A DNA stretch of 64,000 bases from a virus, in IMG/VR virus record IMGVR_UViG_3300037418_001469. The stretch is one strand, 5' to 3'. The stretch's first letter is position 1. Each line of letters begins with the position of its first letter. Shown here in pieces: positions 1-9,528 of the stretch. The position numbers and the translations under genes were made by a program. The notes below the pieces were generated by a model, which was not told the origin of the DNA, did no database searches, and was given only the letters and a program-made list of their open reading frames with translations.

Positions 1-1
1 G

Positions 2-517
2 ATTGTTCCTAAACTTTTGTCCTGCTGTTTCTTCTTTTTTGTTTTCGACATAATCTTCATCTCCTCCTTGGTAAACGAAAGCCACGAGACCATCTTTGAA
101 AATATCCTCCACCATCGGAAGGACAACTCCATTCCAATCGCCTCCTCCAAGCCCACAACCGAGCCTAAATGGGATAACAACATCTACATTAAGAGCCTGT
201 GCCATCATTTTAACATCTTCTAAGCCTGTACGCAAGGCATTGTAGTCAGTATATCTCTTGCCATCTCTTCCATAAAACTCTTGACCAATAATATTGCAGA
301 CATACTTATCAGGTTCTACCTCAATATATGAAGTATATCCCAATTCTAGAAGTCCTAATTCGTACTCAGCACGATAATGTTCGTAAACCATTGGATATTT
401 ATTACGAATGGCTTTAGCTAAGCCTGAACCCATTACTCCTTGAGCGTTGCATTGTTGAACCATAATACACTTATTAGGTTGTCCATCAAATATATCGTTC
501 ATTACATGAATTATCAT
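2..517 (-). CDS. Macrodomain ADP-ribose hydrolase (Poa1p/TARG1/T4 Tk.4-like), 3' end runs off window
   Basis: Manual translation from ATG at 517 (absent from ORF track because no stop in window): MIIHVMNDIFDG...QQCNAQGVMGSGLAKAI...NIIGQ...IPFRLGCGLGGGDW, the two Gly-rich macrodomain loops; RBS AAGGAATGAG upstream. Confidence 0.9.
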   Translation of the reverse strand, partial: MIIHVMNDIFDGQPNKCIMVQQCNAQGVMGSGLAKAIRNKYPMVYEHYRAEYELGLLELGYTSYIEVEPDKYVCNIIGQEFYGRDGKRYTDYNALRTGLEDVKMMAQALNVDVVIPFRLGCGLGGGDWNGVVLPMVEDIFKDGLVAFVYQGGDEDYVENKKEETAGQKFRNN

Positions 518-635
518 TGTCTCATTCCTTCCTATTACAGACTCACCGCAATGAATACAGTGAACCCAATCGTCACTAGTATAGTCTATCTGACATACTG
601 CTTTACCCCTACGGTTGGGACAAGAAAGATGGGTA

Positions 636-2205
636 TCAGTCGCCATTGTTGCTTGCCTCTTCAAATTCACCACAATCTTTACATTTCATCCATAATCCTG
701 AGTCATAGTAGTCTCCATATCCATTTATGGTACAATTCTCACTTCCGCATTTTTTACATATAATTTTAATTGAAAAACTATCAGTATCTTTTTTCACTTC
801 GCTCCAACCTCCTATAATAAAATATGTGACTATACCTAAAGCGAGAAGAATCCAAGATATATCTCTTTTTTTCACTACATCATTCCTTTTTAATATATAT
901 GATTATGAGTAATAAAACAGGAGAGTATAGTAGTCCTGCTATAAATATTATGTAATCATTCATTACTATACCTCCTCAGACGCTCAGAATAGCCTCCTAA
1001 ACGATTTTAAAAAGGAAGTAGTATAAATACTACCCCCTCGTGTTATAATTGCTCCTAGAGCCTGTCTTTAACTGTAAAATTGAACTTAATCTTATTGAAA
1101 GATTTAAGTAGTCGTTCCTTCTCTTGCTCATTAGTATTAGTAACAATACGATACCGTATCTCTTTGTTAATATCTTCTTTCACTTTATCAATCACATCCT
1201 CTACTGTTAAAGAACTAAGTTTTTCGATTATTCTTCTGTCGTAATCATAGACCGATTCTCTGCTTGATTTCCAAATAAGGTCGATGCAATTAGTTTCTTT
1301 CTTAAAGCCTTTTACCTTATATGTATACTTTATATAATATGCTTCTTTGTAATCATAACGGTCATATTTCATTACTATACTAGCTTTAACTTTAATTTCC
1401 ATATAAACACCTCCATAAGCAAGATTTTCTATAGCCTCGCTCAATTATTTTTTACTTAAAATTGCATCAAGAAACAAACAAGTAAAAAAGGCAACTATCC
1501 AAACACCTAAGCCACTCATATGCGTTCCAAAAGCATCGTTAAAATTATACACTACTTCATTTGCTTTACCAAATATATTTATTAGCACTAATGCAATAAT
1601 CAAAAAAAATGTAAACATTTATTCCACTTCCTTAAACATATAGCGTACTTTGTCAAATCCTTTAGCGTTATCATATATAGTGTATTGTTCTAACAGAAAA
1701 GCAACTAACTTTTCATAATCCTTTACTCTGCAATCAGGGTTAAACACCATTTGTTTAGGCATTTGAAAATGTACAAGTTGACCACTGTGTAGTTTTAGAT
1801 AGGAAATCTCTCCAACCGCATCAATAGTAGCTGTGTCATTTTCCAATTCAAAATCAGGTTCATTTTCAAAGGGATTAGGCATGGCATAGTGACCGTACAT
1901 ACTATCGTACATTTTCTCATAACAGTTATAGCATAGATTTTTGTGGTAATGATGCAAAGCAACATTGTGATTATTGCACTCAGAACATCTACCTTCCATT
2001 TGTATCACTCCTCCGTATTGTAAATATCAACTAATCTTAGCTTGCTAGTTATTGCGTAATAGGTCTTTCCACAGCAATTGGCTCTATATGATGTTCCATC
2101 TGCATCAAAGTCAGCGTAAAATTCTAACTTGCTCTTGCAATGTGGACATTCAGACTCATATAAAAGCTGACTAATATAGTACTCATTTAAAGGTATTGGT
2201 ATCAT
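636..2205 (-). other. Cluster of small hypothetical phage genes (636-875, 1055-1444, 1619-2008, 2005-2205), several with CxxC pairs
   Basis: Co-oriented ORFs with GGAG/GGTG RBS; sigmaA-like promoter TTGACT-N18-TATAAT on minus strand at about 2234-2263. Confidence 0.7.
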
Positions 2206-2322
2206 TTTATCACTCCTTAGTATATTATAGTTATATTATACTAAAAAAAATTGGTAAAGTCAAGGAGGTACTTGTATAAATACATGAAAGATGGTTATAA
2301 TATATTCATGGAGGTGTTGAAT

Positions 2323-2874
2323 ATGAATATATTTGATTTTACAGGAGAAAGAATCATTTTTGCAGGAGATAAGAAGCTATTTTTGTACAGCGTGGACAAG
2401 CAAGAGGAATTGTTCAAGATGAATTTTAAAGGAATTGATACGTTTTTTAATACTCTTGATTCAGTAGGCAATAAGGCTATCGGTAATGCAATGATTCTTT
2501 TTGATGGTTACAATGATGTGGCTACAGAATTATATGAGGTTCCACAAGTAAGAAAATTCGTAAAAGAGCTGTTTAATCGCTATCCTTATTTGCTAAATTA
2601 TATCAACTTTGATATAGAAGGACATCATTCATTGTTGGCTTGCTTATTAGATATAGAGGTAATGTATAAAGGAGAAAGACTTACATTCGATGAGCATGCT
2701 AAGAGATATGGCTTTGGAAAACCTATGCCAAAACATAATGTGCATATGAAAATGCCAAGTGAATTATTAGCACACTTGGTAAAGTCTATGTTTTCACATG
2801 GAAATACAACAGGAACTACTAAATATGCGGACAAGCAAGCATATAAGTTGATGGAAATATTTAAGAGGGCTTAA
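2323..2874 (+). CDS. CRR6/DUF1817-like domain protein in a moron-like unit
   Basis: Motif FDGYNDVATELYEVPQVRKFVKELFNRYPYLL resembles the CRR6-family GYxxDxRELyEIPEVR motif; GGAGGTG RBS before ATG 2323; own promoter and terminator, opposite to flanking genes. Confidence 0.55.
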   Translation: MNIFDFTGERIIFAGDKKLFLYSVDKQEELFKMNFKGIDTFFNTLDSVGNKAIGNAMILFDGYNDVATELYEVPQVRKFVKELFNRYPYLLNYINFDIEGHHSLLACLLDIEVMYKGERLTFDEHAKRYGFGKPMPKHNVHMKMPSELLAHLVKSMFSHGNTTGTTKYADKQAYKLMEIFKRA

Positions 2875-2892
2875 ATAGCCCTCTCTTTTTTT
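2864..2892 (+). terminator. Intrinsic terminator
   Basis: AGAGGGC-ttaaata-GCCCTCT followed by T-run, between convergent genes. Confidence 0.8.
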
Positions 2893-3139
2893 CTAATTCC
2901 ACTCATTCCAACACCAGTTTTCTAGTTTATTTATTATTTTATTGCTCATGACATATTCAATAGCTTTATCTCTAGGCATAAACAATGTGACTAACATCAT
3001 TAGTGAAAGTGGAATAAGCACAATAAGAAACTTAATATAGAATTTCCAACCTAGACTCATGGGTTCAACCTTCCTTCTTTATAGCCTGTTTTAAATCCAA
3101 TGGTATAGGCAACAATTACTAGTATTAGAGTTATAATCA

Positions 3140-4433
3140 TTATAATGCCTCCTTGTATTTGGGTTCAATTAATTTTTCTACATAATACTCAAAACAATTA
3201 GTTTCACTGCACAGGCAAGCACCATCAAATCCTAGCCTTATGTAATTATCTCCTACATAAATAGGCTCGTTACACTCGTCACAATAACAGAACACCTTTT
3301 CTTCTTGACCGCTAGCTAACTTCCACTCATCGTAGTCTCTCATTCTTCCACCTTCTTCTTTCTATATGCCTTAGCAGTAGTAATAACAACTACTCCATCA
3401 GGATATATTTGATTGTTTATATTGAGAACCTTAGTGTCGATATCTGTTATAAGAGCATCACGGTCATGTAGCATATATTTTCTAGCCAATCCAAACAATG
3501 CCTTGATTTGATAACCGATTGTATAGTCTAGCAACTTTCTGTCTGCATATCGCTTATCTTCAATGATATTTTTAACTTCAAACTCTTCTAATAGTACTAG
3601 TTCATACTTACTCATTGCTATATACTCTCGCTTTCGCTGTTATTTTTAAATAGTTATCACCAAATAAAGGATAGTTAGGGAAATCATCTTCTTCTTTAAA
3701 AGATATGCTAATTAAAGCATCGTCAATATCTATATCTACGAATGCATCTATAAGCCTATGAGCTAATTGTTTCTTTGTTTCTTTGACAATATCAACCTTT
3801 GCTGATTTAATCAGTTCATAGTTAAGTGTAGATTCAACATAAAAAGTTTCCTTTTTTTTATATTCCACAATACCACTCCTTAATAATTGTTATTAACCTT
3901 TTGGAACTTTTAATAACTTTTTTTATTAACCGTTATTAACGTCCGTCTTTCCAAGCTATGTACAAGCCTACCAAAATAATTGCTCCGATTATACCGAAGG
4001 TGACAAAGCCTGCAATAAAATTAGTCCAATCCATGTAGTCACCGCCTTTTAATTATTAATCCACCATAGTCAACATAACATAGATAGCCATCAATATAGC
4101 ACCTAAGTCGAGTGTACCTTTGTTTGCCTGCTTTAAAAATTGAAGACATAAGCCAACTAACATAACTAATCCAAATACGAACATAAACATCTCTCCTTTA
4201 TATTATAAGTATAATATAATTATACAACAAAAAAAGAAACTAGTCAAGGACTAGTTCCCTTTACATTCTATACAAACAGTGTTTCCTTTTTCAGGCACAG
4301 ACCAGTTATTATAATGTTGGACATTGAAAAAAGCACCTGTCTCTTCTTTTTCATCACGCACTAGCTTACCTACTGGAACTCCGCACTTATAACAAGAAAA
4401 CTCATATGGACTTGCCTTAGATTTAGTTGTCAT
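3140..4433 (-). other. Small hypothetical genes (3140-3343, 3340-3615, 3608-3868, 4251-4433)
   Basis: Overlapping stop/start coupling; CxxC pairs in 3140 and 4251; 3340 and 3608 share a C-terminal ITxxA(K/R)xY motif. Confidence 0.65.
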
Positions 4434-4869
4434 TCAGCACGCCCCATTCACTAGGCATTGGCTTTCTAATTTCATATGTTTTGCTAGGGTTAAACTTAAG
4501 TTGTTTGAATCCATTAGCAACATCATACCTCTTAACTCGGACGATAGCATCAGGAGGAATAATACCATCATACTCTATAGCCTCGCAACCATAGAAACTT
4601 ACACTATGGTCTGAGGAGTACTGAGCCATATTCCAATCCAGTTTAGCTGTGTCAATTTTCAAGAAGTCAATAACAGGGTTGCTAACTACTTCATTTGTAT
4701 CATAATCAAAACGTGTTTTTGGTAATGCAAAGAATCTAAAACAATCCTCTAGTGAGAAACAGGCATATACATAGCCCCAACTAGGCTTTATGCCCTCTCT
4801 TAAGATGTTACTAACATTGCTAGGTGCTGTGCCATGCCATATAAAATGAGGTCTAGTTGGTTTTTCCAT
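4423..4869 (-). CDS. ADP-ribosyltransferase-fold protein (KptA/Tpt1-like)
   Basis: WHGT...NILREGIKP...YVYA...LKID...EYDGIIPPDAI pattern typical of H-G-T ART-fold proteins. Confidence 0.65.
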   Translation of the reverse strand: MEKPTRPHFIWHGTAPSNVSNILREGIKPSWGYVYACFSLEDCFRFFALPKTRFDYDTNEVVSNPVIDFLKIDTAKLDWNMAQYSSDHSVSFYGCEAIEYDGIIPPDAIVRVKRYDVANGFKQLKFNPSKTYEIRKPMPSEWGVLNDN

Positions 4870-5271
4870 CTCTACTCAGCTCCTTCATAATTTGTTTAAT
4901 ATCTTGTAAAGACAAAAAGAAGTCACGAACTATTCCGCTATCCATTTCTTGATAGATACGAACAAACTTTCTTCCTTTGTAGTCTTCTTCGATTTTGAAA
5001 TAATCTTCTGTTCCATTATGCATATAGTCGTCGAATTTGGTCATTTAATCCACCTTCCTCCCCTTCCTAACCCTCATTCTTCTCTCTATCAAATCACCAC
5101 ACAAGCCCCACCACGCCATAGCAACGCCAAACAAACACACGACAATTCCACCCAGGAATAAACCCCCAACAACCACCCAAGCCACAACCAATTCCCATTC
5201 CACTGTCATTTTGTCGCCTCCTACTTTTACATTATAAATATAATACAGGGCAAAAGTCAAGGATTGTCTTT

Positions 5272-5664
5272 TCACTTTTTATTTAGTTTTTGTTCAATTT
5301 TACGGACGCAATCATTTACGTTTTTATTAATCTCAGAACCACTAAAACGTAACACAGACTTATAGCCATTCTTGTATAGATAAGAACTCCTCCTTTTATC
5401 GTACTTTTTTTGGTCGGGGGAAGAATGAAAAGCCTTACCATCGCACTCAATAGCAATATTACCTATAGTCATATCTATATAGTAGGGACCACACCTAGTC
5501 TGAGATTTAACTTTATATCCTTTTCTTGCTAATGCATTATATAACTTCCACTCTATAGGAGATTCACATTTAGGTTTTGTATCTGTTTCTTTATATAATA
5601 TCCATGCAGGGACAAGCAGTGTAGTTAGGAACATAACCACAAGTGATAAATTACCAACACCCAT
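5272..5664 (-). CDS. DUF559/Vsr-like endonuclease with N-terminal transmembrane anchor
   Basis: ESPIEWKLY, YYIDM, IAIECDGKAFH, DKRRSSYL, VLRFSGSEI motifs; hydrophobic residues 6-24. Confidence 0.85.
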   Translation of the reverse strand: MGVGNLSLVVMFLTTLLVPAWILYKETDTKPKCESPIEWKLYNALARKGYKVKSQTRCGPYYIDMTIGNIAIECDGKAFHSSPDQKKYDKRRSSYLYKNGYKSVLRFSGSEINKNVNDCVRKIEQKLNKK

Positions 5665-6177
5665 ATATAGTCTCCTTTATTTATTTTCCTTTATTGCCTT
5701 TAAAATTATTTTTAAATTTCTCCTCATTTCAACAAGAATCCAAATAGTTTGTAGATTAGCAAGAAACCACCCTGCTATATGAGACCAAGCAAAGAATGTT
5801 ATTCGTTCTTTATCACTCGATAACTTTAAAAATCGTTTCATAAATTTCCTCATAGTAACCTCCTTATTAAATATTAATAAGTGTTAATAACCAACCATAA
5901 GCAACTATATCTGTTTATGCTTAGCTATGTATTTTATTATACCCCACTTAGTCTTGCTTGTCTATGGTACTTAGTTATGACTAACTAGGTCTCTAACTAG
6001 TCCATCCCAAGAGCTACCTATATAGGACGAGATGCAACTTCCAAAAACTAACGAGTTCTTTACTCGTTCCTCGTGCGCCCTCTACCTGCGCTCGGTCTCC
6101 CCCACGGAACTACCAAGCTATATCCTTTAGCCTGCTAAAGAGTGGTCTTTTTCTATACGACTTGTCCCTATACTATA

Positions 6178-6218
6178 TATTATACCTATATTATGACACA
6201 ATATACACCCTTTTATAC
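6178..6218 (-). promoter_or_regulatory. Overlapping sigmaG-like and sigmaF-like promoters
   Basis: Minus strand GTATA-N18-CATAATA (6218-6189) and GTATA-N15-GGTATAATA (6206-6178). Confidence 0.4.
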
Positions 6219-6619
6219 ATGTTTTTCGTTCGGAAAATGTAGAATATTTTTTCCAAAATAGGGCACGATTTTTTTTCCAAAAAGTAGTCCGAATTTTTTT
6301 TCAATTCCTATAATCAGGAATGGAATTTTTTCTATATAAGTGTAATTTTACACCCCCTAGGTACTGGATTTTTTTTCCAATAAGGCTGAAAAGTCTATAA
6401 TGTATGGGTTAGGGTGCGTATATCCCACTTCGTGGGTTTTTTGGTCTTTCATTTGAATATACCCCTACCCTACCCAAAAAGACGGGAAATATTGCAGGAA
6501 ATAATTCCTATAACCTATGTTATGGGAATTAAGTCAATTGTACACAATATAATTTTAGACTATAAAATCGTACTCACAATTGTATTAATCAAAAAAACTT
6601 GATATGTAACCTAATATGC

Positions 6620-6671
6620 TTAGTTTAACCAATAAACAAATACCATTAGTTTACCCAATTAACAAATACAA
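6620..6671. repeat. Two tandem 26-bp direct repeats in the divergence region
   Basis: TTAGTTTAACCAATAAACAAATACCA / TTAGTTTACCCAATTAACAAATACAA. Confidence 0.75.
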
Positions 6672-6747
6672 AATTGAATTGTGCACAATTGATTCAAACA
6701 GCTAGAACTCTATGTAGTTTACACATACATAGAAAATCTAGGTAAGT

Positions 6748-6765
6748 TTGTGAATGTTTTCACAT
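6748..6765. promoter_or_regulatory. Rex- or Fnr/Crp-like palindromic operator
   Basis: TTGTGAA-tgtt-TTCACAT: one mismatch to Rex TTGTGAAnnnnTTCACAA, perfect TGTGA-N6-TCACA. Confidence 0.35.
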
Positions 6766-7105
6766 ACCTATATCTTTTATTATAATAGAAAGAACATGAA
6801 ATCAAGTAAATTTACTTGACAGTAAAACGTAGTAATATCAAGGCTTTGACGAGTTTCTTCCTATATAGAAAAAAGGACCAAAAAAGAATCTTTAAAAAAG
6901 ATGAAAAAATGAGCAAATAGGAGGAAATAGGAGATAATAGCAGAAAAACATGCTTTTTTAAGCTAAAACGGGCTAATATGAACTTATTTGGAGTTTTACT
7001 TATTTTGCTCTAGGTATTATGATTGCATTGTAAGATAAATTAAATAAAGTTAAGGTTTGGTTGAGGGGGTGCTTTTCTACCCTTCAAAAAAGTTTTTAAA
7101 AAAGG

Positions 7106-7473
7106 TTGCATATTTTCCTACAACCTGCGTATAATGATAGTAGCATCACAATTGATAATCAAATAGCTTATTCTTCTCACACCTTCTATCTAGTATAGAG
7201 GGGATGGACATAACGACGTTTTATAGTCAGGTGAATGTGAGAAAAAACTTTTTAAAAAAAGTGGAATAAAGTTCTTGACTATCACATAAGCTATACTGTA
7301 AGATGATTATAGTACCACACTAACTTAATACGCTTTACCTTACAGGGATTGTCTCCCCTACATTAACCTTCTATATAGAGGGTATCTCCAAAAAGGCTTA
7401 GTAAGAAACTTAAAAAACTTTTTGGAAAGATTTTAAAATAACGCTTGACAGTTTAAAACTTAACCTTTACAAT
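7106..7473 (+). promoter_or_regulatory. Three tandem sigmaA promoters at start of the plus-strand region
   Basis: TTGCAT-N18-TATAAT (7106-7135), TTGACT-N18-TAAGAT (7275-7304), TTGACA-N17-TACAAT (7445-7473), each preceded by A/T tracts. Confidence 0.8.
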
Positions 7474-7499
7474 TAGGGTAGCTTCAAAATTAACGCTTG

Positions 7500-8440
7500 A
7501 CAGTGAATAAACAGGGTAGTGAGAAAAACCCTACTATATTGTTCATAAGTGGTAACAAGCAACCCACTATAAAAATAGGCTTGCATGAGTTCCTTGACAA
7601 GAAAATAGTTCAAAGAAGACTTACACCCTTCATGTTTTAAAGAGGGTTCGGGTCTTGTCTAACTGATACTCGCTGAAAAAGGTGATTCTTGCCTAATCTA
7701 AGTGAGTGCCAATGGGTTAGCTAATTAGTCAGATATCATGCTTGCATAGGTGATGGAAGATGTCCAAATTACAGGTGAAACTAAGGGTTTTTGACTTAGC
7801 AGGTTCTCTGGAAACGGGCTTGGTGAGTGGGTCAACAATAACCGCAATGACTAAAAGGTGGAACCCAAGCAATTCCGAGCAAAGCGACTTGATTCTAAGG
7901 TTACGAACTAGCTTGGATAGTAAGCTATACACCCCACACTGTATCACCTGAAAAGGTGGGCAGTCTGTGACTTAAAAGTAAGGGGTGAGAACTTGGCAAG
8001 GTTAGGCAGGGACGGGCGACAAGGGTAGCAAAGCGAATCTAAGAACTATTTGACAATACAGGTTAACTTAAAACTTTCTTAGGGAATATTTTATGTTTGT
8101 TGTTGAAAGTTGAAAGTTGAAAGGTTAACCGCTAAAAGTTGGGTATAGCATATCCAAGTGGGAAAAGTAACCATTCACAATATGTGCGGTTACAATGTAG
8201 GATAGCGAGAGCGAATCCAAGGTATAGCAACCTATACCATAATTAAGGTTGTAAATTTCGGATTGTTAAGCAAGTCGAGTAGTCCAAACAATGAGTCCCT
8301 AGGGATTACCATTACAGGCACACTGAAAAAGGTTAGTCTCCTTATTAGGATAAACACTTTAGTAGGTTAGACTGTAAAGGCAAACAAGGTACTATACTCA
8401 CTGGAGCACATGGTACGACTTGCTTGATTGAATCTGATAC
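7500..8440 (+). ncRNA. Candidate large structured non-coding RNA (multi-domain, about 0.9-1 kb)
   Basis: No credible ORF; GC-richer than flanks; nested helices 7603-11/8043-51, 7686-99/7999-8012, 7818-23/7865-70, 7930-35/7982-87, 8126-32/8186-92, 8267-77/8416-26; mismatches are mostly G-U. Confidence 0.75.
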
Positions 8441-8506
8441 GGTTTTATTCGGGGGTTTATCCCTTGAATAATGCTAATAGTCGAATATAAAACTATAACT
8501 TAGGAG

Positions 8507-8827
8507 TTGTTGAAATTGAGAAAAATTGCTAACGATACAAAATTAAACTTTAAGAAAGATTTATCTAACATTGAATTAATGGGAATTGAACATATCTTAA
8601 ACTCGTTTGAAACTGATATTGAATCTGAGGTATTAATGGCTGAGGATTACGGTTTAGCTTATACGAGTTCATCATCATATGCTATGTATAATGTTACGGA
8701 ACATGTAGTATTTGATGGTTTAACTGTTAGTCACTTCTCTATTACTGATAATGATATGCTTATTATGGTATGTACTGATGATGATGAGAATAATCATTGT
8801 TATGAAATAGAGGGTTCGGATTACTAG
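8507..8827 (+). CDS. Acidic hypothetical protein (first stem-bracketed cassette)
   Basis: ORF with TTGGAG RBS; D/E-rich. Confidence 0.75.
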   Translation: MLKLRKIANDTKLNFKKDLSNIELMGIEHILNSFETDIESEVLMAEDYGLAYTSSSSYAMYNVTEHVVFDGLTVSHFSITDNDMLIMVCTDDDENNHCYEIEGSDY

Positions 8828-8943
8828 TCCTTTACCTTTTCCGCCAAATTAAAATCTAACATTCGACTGTTAGTGTTATTCAAGGGATAACATTATCCTC
8901 TGAATAATGGTTATAGTCGAAAAATAAATCATAATTAGAAAGG

Positions 8944-9394
8944 TTGTTGAATATGTTTAACAGTAATCAAATTAAAGTAGTTAGGGAATATTTAGAAAAA
9001 CGTTTTAATACAATGAATGTAACGTATATTAAATCAGGTGCTAGTGGCATACTATTCCAAGTGAATGAATTTGAGTTAGTAGTTATTATTGATACTGATT
9101 ATAATGTTACATTGGGTTATACAAAATATGATGAAGTTCACACTATTAAAGGTGGTTACTCATTAGGGTTATTAGAAAATGCATTGAAAGAAACTGAATG
9201 TGCTTATGCTTAAATGGTTAGTGATGATTACAGTCTTATTTTTGATTCTTGTACTTGGGTTGGTTAATGATGCATTATCAGTATACAGTGTTACTCATTA
9301 TATAGATGTTGTGTTTGTATCTACTATAGGAGTTGCTTTACTATTTGTTTATGTTGTATCTGTATTTGTTACAGTGTTGATTCACAAAAATTAA
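8944..9394 (+). other. Two small genes (8944-9213; 9200-9394 two-TM membrane protein) in second stem-bracketed cassette
   Basis: AGAAAGG RBS; overlapping ORFs; two hydrophobic segments in the second. Confidence 0.7.
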
Positions 9395-9528
9395 TTCCTT
9401 TCTTTTCCCGCCCGCAAAATTTAAGTTCTAAACTTTAAATTAAAATCATATAATCGACTATAACCGTTATTCAGTGGATAACATTCACTGTTAGAATCAA
9501 AAAATAAATCATAGGAGCGTGCTTATTT

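Larger units (their letters stand above)
8457..9481 (+). repeat. Two pairs of 28-30 bp inverted repeats, each bracketing a gene cassette
   Basis: 8457-8486 pairs with 8861-8890 (30/30, 3 G-U); 8893-8920 pairs with 9454-9481 (27/28, 1 G-U). Confidence 0.9.

Noticed and set aside
17-223. Plus-strand ORFs 17-223 and 440-763
   Set aside because: Antisense shadows of the minus-strand macrodomain gene and neighbours; no RBS
7548-7583. Firm call of a preQ1 riboswitch
   Set aside because: Architecture is similar but the loop sequence deviates and no queuosine-related gene follows; kept only as a pseudoknot finding
7729-7951. ORFs 7760-7951 (+) and 7729-7947 (-) as proteins
   Set aside because: No good SD, atypical composition, and they lie within dense RNA helices
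7500-8440. Group I/II intron, RNase P, tmRNA or tRNA identity for the structured region
   Set aside because: No interrupted gene, no GUGYG start or domain V, and no P7 core, tRNA arms or CCA end recognised by eye; needs cmscan
8445-9490. CRISPR array or IS/MITE
   Set aside because: Repeats are inverted and separated by whole genes; no cas or transposase, no target-site duplication; G-U-biased variation favours single-stranded pairing
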